Source: Candidatus Portiera aleyrodidarum (GTDB lineage: Bacteria > Pseudomonadota > Gammaproteobacteria > Johnevansiales > Johnevansiaceae). Taken from it: 32,000 nucleotides of DNA. How positions within the stretch are numbered: position 1 is the stretch's first letter; each line of letters begins with the position of its first letter. The notes under the pieces were generated by a model. That model was not told the DNA's origin and did not search any database. It saw nothing but the letters and a program-made list of their open reading frames with translations. The position numbers were made by a program, and so were the translations under genes. Below are positions 8,460 through 18,676 of the stretch, piece by piece. The DNA lies in NCBI RefSeq assembly GCF_000953395.1, contig NZ_LN649236.1, forward strand, positions 210,001-242,000. The letters are read 5' to 3'.

Positions 8460-9935
8460 TTATACAATATCTTCTTCAACTATAGCCGCCGCTTTAAATA
8501 TAACACTACTTTTATTTAATATTTCATTCCATTCATTCTTATAATTAGATTCTTCTATTATTCCTCCACCAGCTTGAATATGTATTTGATTATTTTTTAT
8601 TATGGCTGTTCTAATTGCTATAGCCATATTCATATTACCATTCCAAGATAAATAACCTATTGCTCCTGAATATATACCTCTTTTCACCGGTTCAATTTCA
8701 TTTATAATCTCTAAAGCTCTTATCTTTGGTGCACCAGCAATAGTACCTGCTGGAAATGTAGCACGTAATACATCAATCCAATCTAATTTAGGTTTTAATA
8801 TACCTATTATATTTGAAACTATATGCATAACATGCGAATATCTTTCTATTAACAATTTTTTTGTAACTCTTACAGTACCATGAATACTAACTTTTCCTAC
8901 ATCATTACGTCCTAAATCAATCAACATAATATGTTCGGAACATTCTTTAGGATCATGTAATAATTCTTTTTCTAAATATATATCCTCTTTTTTATTTTTT
9001 CCTCTATGACGAGTTCCAGCTATAGGTCTTAAAGTAATTTTTTTATTATCTAATCTCACCATAATTTCAGGAGAAGAACCCACTACAAAATGATCGTTGA
9101 AATTTAAATAAAACATATATGGTGAAGGATTTAAAACTCGTAATGAACGATAAAGATTTAATGGTTTAGAATAAAACGGTATAATAATTCGTTGTGATGG
9201 TACACATTGCATGACATCTCCAGAATAAATAAATTTTTTGATTTTCCTAATAGATTGTTTATAAGAAAACTTAGTAAAACTATAAAATATAGGTTTATGT
9301 TTAGGTTTATGTTTATTTTTATTATTATATAAATATGATTCATAAATTTGTGATTTATTAATAAACTTATAACTTATTTTATTTTCTATTATTTTTATAC
9401 GTTCATACGCTTTTTTTAAATATTGTTTTTCATATATATTAACATTAACTAAGATAGTTAATCTACCTGAATATTTATCAAATATTATAATATCATTAGC
9501 TATTAACAATAATATATCAGGTGTATTTATTGGATCATATTGTTTATAATATTGTATTGTTGGTTCAATAAACTTTATTATATCGTATCCAAAATATCCT
9601 ACTAAACCTCCATCAAAGATGGTGTTACTTTTATTAATAATATTGTTTTTTATTTGTTTTATATATTTTGATATCCATAATAAAGGATCTATTATTTTAA
9701 TGGTTTCAATTTTTAATTTATCTTTAAATAATTTTATTTTGTTACCATGTACTTCTATTCTTTTATTACAACGTAAACCAATTATAGAATATCTACCCCA
9801 ATTTTTTTTTCCTTCTATTGATTCTAATAAAAAAGTCCAAGGATAATTTGCTATTTTCATATATATAGAAAGAGGCGTATCTATATCTGATAGGATGTCT
9901 TTATAAATAAGAATTCTATTTTGTAATAAGTTCAT
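8460..9935 (-). CDS. trpE: Anthranilate synthase component I
   Basis: 491 aa. Motifs: LLESIEG, IAGTRHRG, GAPKIRALEII, RGIYSGAIGY. Confidence 0.95.
   Translation of the reverse strand: MNLLQNRILIYKDILSDIDTPLSIYMKIANYPWTFLLESIEGKKNWGRYSIIGLRCNKRIEVHGNKIKLFKDKLKIETIKIIDPLLWISKYIKQIKNNIINKSNTIFDGGLVGYFGYDIIKFIEPTIQYYKQYDPINTPDILLLIANDIIIFDKYSGRLTILVNVNIYEKQYLKKAYERIKIIENKISYKFINKSQIYESYLYNNKNKHKPKHKPIFYSFTKFSYKQSIRKIKKFIYSGDVMQCVPSQRIIIPFYSKPLNLYRSLRVLNPSPYMFYLNFNDHFVVGSSPEIMVRLDNKKITLRPIAGTRHRGKNKKEDIYLEKELLHDPKECSEHIMLIDLGRNDVGKVSIHGTVRVTKKLLIERYSHVMHIVSNIIGILKPKLDWIDVLRATFPAGTIAGAPKIRALEIINEIEPVKRGIYSGAIGYLSWNGNMNMAIAIRTAIIKNNQIHIQAGGGIIEESNYKNEWNEILNKSSVIFKAAAIVEEDIV
9291..9314 (-). repeat. 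12-bp x2 perfect in-frame tandem duplication inside trpE (plus strand aggtttatgttt x2)
   Basis: Read directly from the sequence. It encodes KHKP-KHKP (residues 208-215) in a poorly conserved, low-complexity stretch of TrpE. Confidence 0.9.
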
Positions 9936-9956
9936 TTAATGTTTAGAAAATATAAA

Positions 9957-10028
9957 TGGGTCGTGTAGGATTCGAACCTACGACCAATTGGTTAAAAGCC
10001 AACTGCTCTACCTCTGAGCTAACGACCC
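9957..10028 (-). tRNA. tRNA-Lys (UUU)
   Basis: The reverse complement is gggtcgttagctcagaggtagagcagttggctTTTaaccaattggtcgtaggttcgaatcctacacgaccca. It forms a canonical cloverleaf very close to E. coli tRNA-Lys. Confidence 0.92.
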
Positions 10029-10066
10029 ATATTTATATATTATAATATATATTTTTTTATTTACTA

Positions 10067-10696
10067 TTATCTAGTACCAAAGATTTTATCTCCAGCATCA
10101 CCTAACCCAGGTACTATATATCCATATTTATTTAATTTATTTTCTATTGAAGCGGTATAAATTTTCACATCAAAATGTGCTTCTTTAACTCGTTTAATAC
10201 CTTCTGGGGCTGCTACTAATACAATCACTTTTATTTTATTACATTTTTTTTCTTTAAGCATATTTATTACAGAAATAATAGAACCTCCAGTAGCTAACAT
10301 CGGATCTATTATTAATGCTAAACGTTCATCTAAAGCATTAACAAATTTTTCAAAATAAGGTATAGCTTCAAAAGTTTTTTTATTACGATATACACCAACT
10401 ACGCTTATATGTGCACTAGGTATTAATTTTGTAATACCATTCATCATACTTATACCTGCACGTAATATAGGAACGATCGTAACCTTTTTACCATTAATTC
10501 TTTCAACATTTAAAGGTTTACCATCCCATCCTATTATTTTATGTAATTCTATTGATAATCCTCTTGTAGCTTCATAAGCTAATAGTTCGGTTATTTCGCT
10601 TGCTAATTCACGAAAATGTTTAGTACTAATTTTGGAAGATCTCATTAAACCTAATTTATGTTTAATTAAAGGATGCTCAATTACATGAACACTCAT
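10067..10696 (-). CDS. upp: Uracil phosphoribosyltransferase
   Basis: 209 aa. Full-length collinearity with Upp, including the PRPP loop [12 protein letters not shown] and the C-terminal [17 protein letters not shown]. Confidence 0.95.
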   Translation of the reverse strand: MSVHVIEHPLIKHKLGLMRSSKISTKHFRELASEITELLAYEATRGLSIELHKIIGWDGKPLNVERINGKKVTIVPILRAGISMMNGITKLIPSAHISVVGVYRNKKTFEAIPYFEKFVNALDERLALIIDPMLATGGSIISVINMLKEKKCNKIKVIVLVAAPEGIKRVKEAHFDVKIYTASIENKLNKYGYIVPGLGDAGDKIFGTR

Positions 10697-10745
10697 TGCA
10701 ATATCTCTTTTTTTTAATTTACTATCTTTTATTTTTTAAAATAAA

Positions 10746-10819
10746 TAGGACTAAGCGGATTCGAACCGCTTGCCGCCACGATGTTAGCGTGGTGCTCTAA
10801 CCAATTGAGCTATAGTCCT
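10746..10819 (-). tRNA. tRNA-Val, anticodon read as AAC (A at wobble position 34)
   Basis: The reverse complement is aggactatagctcaattggttagagcaccacgctAACatcgtggcggcaagcggttcgaatccgcttagtccta. The fold is canonical: 7/4/5/5-bp stems, T loop ttcgaat, discriminator A. The body resembles the tRNA-Val(GAC) family. The anticodon is the complement of plus-strand gtt at 10783-10785. This was folded by hand, not with tRNAscan-SE. Confidence 0.8.
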
Positions 10820-11570
10820 ATATATTAGGATTTATTTTTTTATCAATAATATCTGCTATAAATTTAAATAAAATACTAATTTTAGATTTTGGTTTTGATA
10901 TTAAAATAGGATTTTTATCACAAATATATTTATGTAAAGGAAAACATCCAATTTTTTTTATTTTATATTTTTTTAATATTTTAATATATTTATTATTAAA
11001 TATTGAATTAGAATATCCACAACATTTACATGTATAATAACTCAGATTTTCTATTAACCCTATTATAGGAATTTTTCTTTTATTAAACATATTTATTCCT
11101 TTAAAGGCACCTACTAATGATATTTCTTGAGGTGTTGTTATAATTATTACCCCAGATAAAATAATATTTTTTGAAATTGTTAAAAATATATCTCCTGTTC
11201 CTGGGGGCATATCGATAAATAAATAATCTAAATATCCCCAATTAGTATTATTAAATAAATTTAATAAAAATTTAGATATTATTGGTCCACGCAAAATAAT
11301 AGCTTTGGTTGGTTTTTTTACTATAAAACCCATTGACATTACTTTAATTCCATAATATGGAATTGGTTGTATTAATTTATTATGATTAATAAATATATTT
11401 TTTTTTATACTTAATATTTTTGATTGACTATATCCATATATATCTGCATCTAATAAACCTACTTTATATCCTTTTATATTCATGGCTAATGCTAAATTAG
11501 CAGTGATAGTGGATTTCCCTACTCCGCCTTTTCCAGAAGCTATAGCTATAATATAATTTATATTAATCAT
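10818..11570 (-). CDS. apbC: Mrp/ApbC-family Fe-S cluster carrier ATPase (ATPase domain only)
   Basis: 250 aa. It has the deviant Walker A IAIASGKGGVGKST, MPPGTGD, and a CxxC-type Cys cluster (CKCC). It is shorter than the E. coli/Pseudomonas proteins because the N-terminal domain is missing. Its TAG stop overlaps the first 2 nt of tRNA-Val. Confidence 0.85.
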   Translation of the reverse strand: MININYIIAIASGKGGVGKSTITANLALAMNIKGYKVGLLDADIYGYSQSKILSIKKNIFINHNKLIQPIPYYGIKVMSMGFIVKKPTKAIILRGPIISKFLLNLFNNTNWGYLDYLFIDMPPGTGDIFLTISKNIILSGVIIITTPQEISLVGAFKGINMFNKRKIPIIGLIENLSYYTCKCCGYSNSIFNNKYIKILKKYKIKKIGCFPLHKYICDKNPILISKPKSKISILFKFIADIIDKKINPNI

Positions 11571-11762
11571 TAATCAAATCCTTAAATTTTTTATTATTTG
11601 ATTTAATTAATATTAGGTTAGTAAAATTTTAGTAAATAGTACTTGATCTTCAGTTATGTATACAAAAGGTTTATATTTGGGTACGTTTTCAAAAAACCTT
11701 AGGAAATAAATGTACTATAACAATGTGCTGATGATTCACAGGGTTAGAAAACTTGAAGGAGA

Positions 11763-11846
11763 TACCCGAAGCCGGACTCGAACCAGCACGCCTATAACGG
11801 CGGGGGATTTTAAGTCCCCTGCGTCTACCAATTCCGCCATTCGGGC
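11763..11846 (-). tRNA. tRNA-Leu (UAA), class II with long variable arm
   Basis: The reverse complement is gcccgaatggcggaattggtagacgcaggggactTAAaatcccccgccgttataggcgtgctggttcgagtccggcttcgggta, 84 nt. Confidence 0.9.
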
Positions 11847-11849
11847 TAT

Positions 11850-11920
11850 AGGCTGGAATCGGAATTGAACCGATTTCAACGGATTTGCAATCCGACGCAT
11901 AACCATTCTGCCATCCAGCC
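11850..11920 (-). tRNA. tRNA-Cys (GCA)
   Basis: The reverse complement is ggctggatggcagaatggttatgcgtcggattGCAaatccgttgaaatcggttcaattccgattccagcct, with discriminator U. The Cys-Leu(UAA) adjacency matches the cysT-leuZ arrangement of E. coli. Confidence 0.9.
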
Positions 11921-11976
11921 ACAATAACTACAATAGTATTATATAATAATATTTTATATAATAAAATATATTTAAA

Positions 11977-12049
11977 GGGGCTTTAGCTCAATTGGTAGAG
12001 CGCAACGCTGGCAGTGTTGAGGTTATCGGTTCAATTCCGATAAGCTCCA
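11977..12049 (+). tRNA. tRNA-Ala (GGC)
   Basis: The sequence is ggggctttagctcaattggtagagcgcaacgctGGCagtgttgaggttatcggttcaattccgataagctcca. The G3:U70 identity pair is present. Confidence 0.9.
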
Positions 12050-12069
12050 TATATAATATAAAACTACTG

Positions 12070-12387
12070 ATGAATAATAAAACTATAGAAATAATAAAAG
12101 AACAAATAAGAACAAATAAAATAATATTATATATGAAAGGAACACCAAAGTTTCCACAATGTGTTTTTTCAGCTAAAGCTGTTAACTGTTTAATAAAATA
12201 TTTAAAAGTTTTTAAATTTATAAATGTTTTAGACAATATTCATATTAGATATGAATTACCTAAATTGTCTAATTGGCCTACCTTTCCTCAACTTTGGGTT
12301 AATTCTAACTTAATAGGAGGTAGTGACATTATAGTTGAAATGTATAAAAATGGTGAATTAAAAAAAATAATTAAAAATTTAAAATAA
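12070..12387 (+). CDS. grxD: Monothiol glutaredoxin (Grx4/GrxD family) with a CVFS active-site variant
   Basis: The track ORF (11992) begins inside tRNA-Ala. The ATG at 12070 gives a 105-aa protein collinear with E. coli Grx4 ([31 protein letters not shown]). Confidence 0.88.
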   Translation: MNNKTIEIIKEQIRTNKIILYMKGTPKFPQCVFSAKAVNCLIKYLKVFKFINVLDNIHIRYELPKLSNWPTFPQLWVNSNLIGGSDIIVEMYKNGELKKIIKNLK

Positions 12388-12404
12388 CTAAGGAATTTGT
12401 AATA

Positions 12405-13622
12405 ATGTCTAAAAAAGTTATTCTAGCTTATTCTGGGGGATTAGATACTTCTGCTATTGTAAAATGGTTACAAGTAACTTATGGTTATGAAGTAATTACA
12501 TTTACGGCTGATTTAGGACAAGAAAAAAAAGAAATTGAATCAGCTTATAAAAAAGCACAATTATTAGGAATCAAAAAAATTTATATAGAAGATTTAAGAG
12601 AAAGTTTTGTAAAAAATTATATGTTTCCTATGTTTAGAGCTAATACCATTTATGAAGGTGGATATCTTTTAGGTACTTCAATAGCACGTCCTTTAATTAT
12701 TAAAAGATTATTAGAAATAGCTAAATTAAATAATTCAAATATTATATCACATGGATCTACTGGTAAAGGTAATGATCAATTAAGATTTGAATTAGGTGCT
12801 TATTCATTAAATCCATATATAAAAATAATTGCGCCTTGGCGTGAATGGAATTTAAATTCACGAACAAAAATAATAAATTATTGTAAAAAAAATAATATAA
12901 GTATTGATTTTTTTAAAAATAATAAATCTCCATATTCTATGGATAATAATTTATTACATATTTCGTATGAAGGAGGATTATTAGAAGATACATGGAATGA
13001 ACCAGAACAGAATATGTGGCGATGGAGTAATAATTTAACTAATACTCCTGATAAAGAAACATATATTGATATAACTTTTAATAAAGGGGATCCAATTGCA
13101 ATAAATAATGAATATTTAAAACCACATGAATTAATAATAAAATTAAATAATTTAGGTAGTAAACATGGTGTTGGTAGAATTGATATTGTTGAAAATAGAT
13201 ATATAGGAATTAAATCTAGAGGATGTTATGAAACACCAGGTGGAACTATTTTATATCATGCACATAAAGCAATAGAATCTATAACTTTAGATCATGAATC
13301 TATACAATTAAAAGATATTTTAATGCCTATATATGCTGAAATTATTTATAATGGATATTGGTGGACCACCGAAAGAAAAATGTTACAATCTTTAATTGAT
13401 ACTTCTCAAAAATATGTTAATGGAGTTGTTAGACTAAAATTATATAAAGGGAATGTAATAATAATAGGTAGAAAATCAGATCAATCTTTATTTAATTCAT
13501 CTTATGCTACATTTGAAGAAGATCAAGGTATATATAATCAAAAAGATGCAGAAAGTTTTATAAAATTAAAATCCATACGTTTAAAAATAGCATCAATTAA
13601 ACAACATATAAAATGTATGTAA
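12405..13622 (+). CDS. argG: Argininosuccinate synthase
   Basis: 405 aa. It has the [12 protein letters not shown]-binding motif and [23 protein letters not shown] lies upstream of the ATG. Confidence 0.95.
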   Translation: MSKKVILAYSGGLDTSAIVKWLQVTYGYEVITFTADLGQEKKEIESAYKKAQLLGIKKIYIEDLRESFVKNYMFPMFRANTIYEGGYLLGTSIARPLIIKRLLEIAKLNNSNIISHGSTGKGNDQLRFELGAYSLNPYIKIIAPWREWNLNSRTKIINYCKKNNISIDFFKNNKSPYSMDNNLLHISYEGGLLEDTWNEPEQNMWRWSNNLTNTPDKETYIDITFNKGDPIAINNEYLKPHELIIKLNNLGSKHGVGRIDIVENRYIGIKSRGCYETPGGTILYHAHKAIESITLDHESIQLKDILMPIYAEIIYNGYWWTTERKMLQSLIDTSQKYVNGVVRLKLYKGNVIIIGRKSDQSLFNSSYATFEEDQGIYNQKDAESFIKLKSIRLKIASIKQHIKCM

Positions 13623-13628
13623 TTTATA

Positions 13629-13656
13629 CTTGAAAAATTTTTATTTATCCACAATT
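13629..13656 (+). promoter_or_regulatory. Candidate sigma-32 (heat-shock) promoter of groESL
   Basis: CTTGAAA (13629-13635) matches the sigma-32 -35 consensus 7/7. After a 13-nt spacer, CCACAATT (13649-13656) matches CCCCATNT at 5 of 7 defined positions. The element sits about 46 nt upstream of the groES ATG. The -10 candidate also overlaps a perfect DnaA-box 9-mer, TTATCCACA (13645-13653). Confidence 0.4.
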
Positions 13657-13702
13657 AATAAAAAAAAGTATAAGTTACTTTATAACTCAGGAGAACGTAA
13701 AA

Positions 13703-13993
13703 ATGAAAATACGTCCTTTGCATGAACGTGTTGTAGTTCGTCGTGTAGAAGAGGAACAAAAAACTTCGGGTGGTATTTTTTTACCAGGTAATGCACAAGA
13801 AAAACCAACACGGGGTGAAGTTATAGCTATTGGAAAAGGTAAAATACTTGATAATGGTGCTATACGTCCTTTAGATGTTAAAATAGGTGATACAGTAATA
13901 TTTAAAGAAGGATTTGGAGTAGAAAAACAAAAAATCGATGATGAAGAACTTTTAATAATGAGTGAATCGGATATTATTGGTATATTAGAATAA
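13703..13993 (+). CDS. groES: Co-chaperonin GroES
   Basis: 96 aa. [14 protein letters not shown]...GGIFLP... is a classic GroES sequence. An AGGAG Shine-Dalgarno motif is present. Confidence 0.97.
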   Translation: MKIRPLHERVVVRRVEEEQKTSGGIFLPGNAQEKPTRGEVIAIGKGKILDNGAIRPLDVKIGDTVIFKEGFGVEKQKIDDEELLIMSESDIIGILE

Positions 13994-13998
13994 TTTAA

Positions 13999-15657
<1,659 letters not shown>

Positions 15658-15675
15658 TCCAATCATAAAAGAACT

Positions 15676-15717
15676 AAAAACCCGTTATGTTGTTTGTTGT
15701 TTATAACGGGTTTTTTT
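15676..15717. terminator. Bidirectional Rho-independent terminator between convergent groEL and rpsA
   Basis: An 8-bp G/C-containing stem, cccgttat (15681-15688) with ataacggg (15703-15710), encloses a 14-nt loop. It is flanked by AAAAA on the left and TTTTTTT on the right. The T-run overlaps the rpsA stop codon. Confidence 0.65.
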
Positions 15718-17227
15718 ATAACTTTTCAGATAAAGTTATCTTTCTATTTTTTCTATCAATATTTATAATATATGCTGAAATTTGATCACCAATATTATAT
15801 TTAGCATTATAAATAATATTTGCAATAATATTATTATGTAATTTTACTAGGGCATCAGTTTTATTTATTTCTATAATTTCTCCAGTTACTAAAGATCCTT
15901 TATAAAAAACTATCATTGGATCTTGTTTTAACTGCTTAATACTTAAAGAAATACGTTCACGTTCAGGATCAATAGATAAAATTAATGTTTCTATTTGATC
16001 ACCTTTACGATATTTATTACGGATTGTTTTATCATCTATTTCATTCCATGAAATATCGGAGACATGTACCAAACCATCAATACCTCCAGTTAAACCTACA
16101 AAAATCCCAAAATCTGTAATTGATTTAACCAGCCCCTTAATACGATCATTTTTTTTATGTTTTAAACTAAAAGTTTCCCATGGATTTAATTTACATTGTT
16201 TTATACCTAATGATATTCTTCTTCTTAATTCATCTATTTCTAAAATCATTACTTCTACTTTTTCACCAAGATTTACTAATTTAGACGGATTAATATTTTT
16301 ATTAGTCCAATCTAATTCCGAAACGTGTACTAACCCTTCTATTCCATCTTCGATTTCGGCAAAACATCCATAATCAGTAATATTAGTTATACATGACTTT
16401 ACTTTTTTTCCTACAGGATAACGGTCTTTTACATTTTTCCAAGGATCGTCACTTAATTGTTTAAGACCTAAAGACACACGATTACGGTCACGATCAATTT
16501 TTAATATTTTTACTTCAATCTCATCACCTAAAGAAACTATTTCCGAAGGATGTTTAACACGTTTCCATGCCATATCTGTAATATGAAGTAATCCATCCAT
16601 ACCACCTAAATCTATAAAAGCACCATAATCTGTTAAATTTTTTACTATACCTTTAATAGATTTATCTTTATTTATTTTTTTATTTAAACTTTCATTACCT
16701 ATTTCTAATACAGCTCTTCTTGATACAACAACATTATTTCTTTTTTTATCTAATTTTATTAATTTAAAATCAATATATTTTTTTTCTAAATGTAAGGTAT
16801 CCCTAATTGTACGAATATCAACTAATGACCCTGGTAAAAAAGCACGTATTGAATTAATATCTACAGTAAAGCCCCCTTTGACTTTACCAATAATGATTCC
16901 TTGAACTATTTCATTATTATTAAAAGCTTTTTCTAACGTTTTCCAATTTTCTAATCGTTTTGCTTTTTCACGAGATAATCTAGTTTCTCCAAAACCATCT
17001 TCTATGGTCTCAATTACTACATTTATTTTATCACCTATTTTCACGCACAATTCATCGTTATCATTTTTAAATTGATCAATATTTATTTTTACTTCTGATT
17101 TTAAACCGGCGTTAACTTTTATCCAATCTTTATCTATATTAACTATAGTTGCTTTAATTATAGATCCTGGTTTCAGATTTATATTAGTTAGTGATTTTTC
17201 AAATAACTCAGCAAAACTTTCGCTCAT
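15716..17227 (-). CDS. rpsA: 30S ribosomal protein S1
   Basis: 503 aa with repeated S1 domains (e.g. [71 protein letters not shown]). The C-terminus is shorter than in E. coli S1. Confidence 0.95.
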   Translation of the reverse strand: MSESFAELFEKSLTNINLKPGSIIKATIVNIDKDWIKVNAGLKSEVKINIDQFKNDNDELCVKIGDKINVVIETIEDGFGETRLSREKAKRLENWKTLEKAFNNNEIVQGIIIGKVKGGFTVDINSIRAFLPGSLVDIRTIRDTLHLEKKYIDFKLIKLDKKRNNVVVSRRAVLEIGNESLNKKINKDKSIKGIVKNLTDYGAFIDLGGMDGLLHITDMAWKRVKHPSEIVSLGDEIEVKILKIDRDRNRVSLGLKQLSDDPWKNVKDRYPVGKKVKSCITNITDYGCFAEIEDGIEGLVHVSELDWTNKNINPSKLVNLGEKVEVMILEIDELRRRISLGIKQCKLNPWETFSLKHKKNDRIKGLVKSITDFGIFVGLTGGIDGLVHVSDISWNEIDDKTIRNKYRKGDQIETLILSIDPERERISLSIKQLKQDPMIVFYKGSLVTGEIIEINKTDALVKLHNNIIANIIYNAKYNIGDQISAYIINIDRKNRKITLSEKL

Positions 17228-17351
17228 AAGAATCCTACATAATTAACTTTTTAATAATTCCGTACTATAATATAAAAGCACGACCCATAATATATTTTTA
17301 CATATTAATTTTAATTTATTTTATTTATTTAAGCTACTTATTTTTCTTTAT

Positions 17352-18671
17352 CTAATATTTTACTTCTTTTATTTTTATACCTATATTATTTAATAAATTT
17401 TTAAAATTAGGAAAAGAAGTAGATACATTTATACAATCATCAATAATAATATCATCCTTAGCTCTCAAAGCAGCTATAGTAAAAGACATAGCTATACGAT
17501 GATCACCATAACTATTAATATATCCCCCTTTATATTTTTTTGTACCAATTATATCTATACCATCTTCATATACCTTATTGTTTACCCCAATAGTTGTAAA
17601 ACCTTTAGCCATTGAACTAATTCTATCTGATTCTTTAACTCTTAATTCTGATGCACCTCTTAATCTAGTTATACCTTCGGCATTAGCTGCAGCTACTAAC
17701 AATATAGGTAATTCATCAATAGCTAAAGGTACTTGATCTATAGGAATATCAATACCTTTAAGACTTGCATATCTTATATGAATATCGGCTACTGGTTCAT
17801 TACACCAATTACTTTCATTAAATAAATTAATATCTGCACCCATGTTCCGTAAAATATTAATTACTCCAATACGAGTAGGATTTATTCCAACTTTTTCTAA
17901 TACTAATTCGGAATTAGGTATTATTGATGCTGCTACTAAAAAAAAAGCAGCTGAAGAAATATCCGATGGTATATTAATATTACTAGCTTGTAAATTAGAT
18001 CCACCAATTAAAGATATAGTATTATCTTTTTTTTTTATCTTATAACCAAAAGTTTTTAACATACGTTCTGTATGATCTCTTGTACAACCCTTTTCAATGA
18101 TTTTGGTTTCACCTTTTGCATAAATTCCAGCTAATAATAAACAAGATTTTACTTGAGCACTTGCTATAGGCATAATATATGTTATTCCATTAAGCCTATT
18201 ACCAATTAATTGAATTGGAGGTATACCTGTTTTATCAGTTTTTATTTTAGCACCCATTAATCTTAAGGGTATTGCAACTCTATTCATAGGTCTAGTGTTA
18301 AGAGATTTATCTCCAGTCATTTGAGTATCAAATTTTTGTCCTGATAATAATCCAGTCAATAACCTCATACTTGTTCCTGAATTACCTAAATATAATTTGG
18401 TTTTTGGATCTTTTAATCCATATATTCCTACTCCTTCAATACATAATTTTTTATTTGTAGGCCCATAAATTGATACTCCCATTTCTCTAAATGCTTGTAA
18501 AGTAGCTAAACTATCATATCCTTCTAAAAATCCATTAATATTAGTAATACCATTAGATAAAGATCCAAACATAACAGCACGATGTGATATAGATTTATCA
18601 CCTGGTACTATTAGTTTTCCTTTTATTGGTTTACTAGCTCTTTTTACTATATATTTAACATTATTTTTCAT
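17352..18671 (-). CDS. aroA: 3-phosphoshikimate 1-carboxyvinyltransferase (EPSP synthase, class II-like)
   Basis: Motifs: VPGDKSISHRAVMFGSL, LGNSGTSMRLL, RVKESDRI, GDHRIAMSF. I prefer the ATG at 18671 (MKNNVKY...), which leaves a 5-nt gap after pheA. The upstream ATG at 18713 would overlap pheA by 37 nt. Confidence 0.9.
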   Translation of the reverse strand: MKNNVKYIVKRASKPIKGKLIVPGDKSISHRAVMFGSLSNGITNINGFLEGYDSLATLQAFREMGVSIYGPTNKKLCIEGVGIYGLKDPKTKLYLGNSGTSMRLLTGLLSGQKFDTQMTGDKSLNTRPMNRVAIPLRLMGAKIKTDKTGIPPIQLIGNRLNGITYIMPIASAQVKSCLLLAGIYAKGETKIIEKGCTRDHTERMLKTFGYKIKKKDNTISLIGGSNLQASNINIPSDISSAAFFLVAASIIPNSELVLEKVGINPTRIGVINILRNMGADINLFNESNWCNEPVADIHIRYASLKGIDIPIDQVPLAIDELPILLVAAANAEGITRLRGASELRVKESDRISSMAKGFTTIGVNNKVYEDGIDIIGTKKYKGGYINSYGDHRIAMSFTIAALRAKDDIIIDDCINVSTSFPNFKNLLNNIGIKIKEVKY

Positions 18672-18676
18672 AATAC

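Noticed and set aside
12101-12120. A 10-bp direct repeat, aacaaataag / aacaaataaa, inside grxD.
   Set aside because: It is an A-rich, low-complexity sequence and the unit is not a multiple of 3. It does not produce a peptide repeat. This is expected by chance at this base composition.
11689-12236. Track ORFs 11689-11922, 11736-11924 and 11988-12236, and the N-terminal extension (11992-12069) of the grxD ORF.
   Set aside because: They are built from tRNA-Leu, tRNA-Cys and tRNA-Ala sequence, which is G/C-richer and so lacks stop codons. The canonical cloverleaves explain the DNA better. grxD homology starts at the ATG at 12070.
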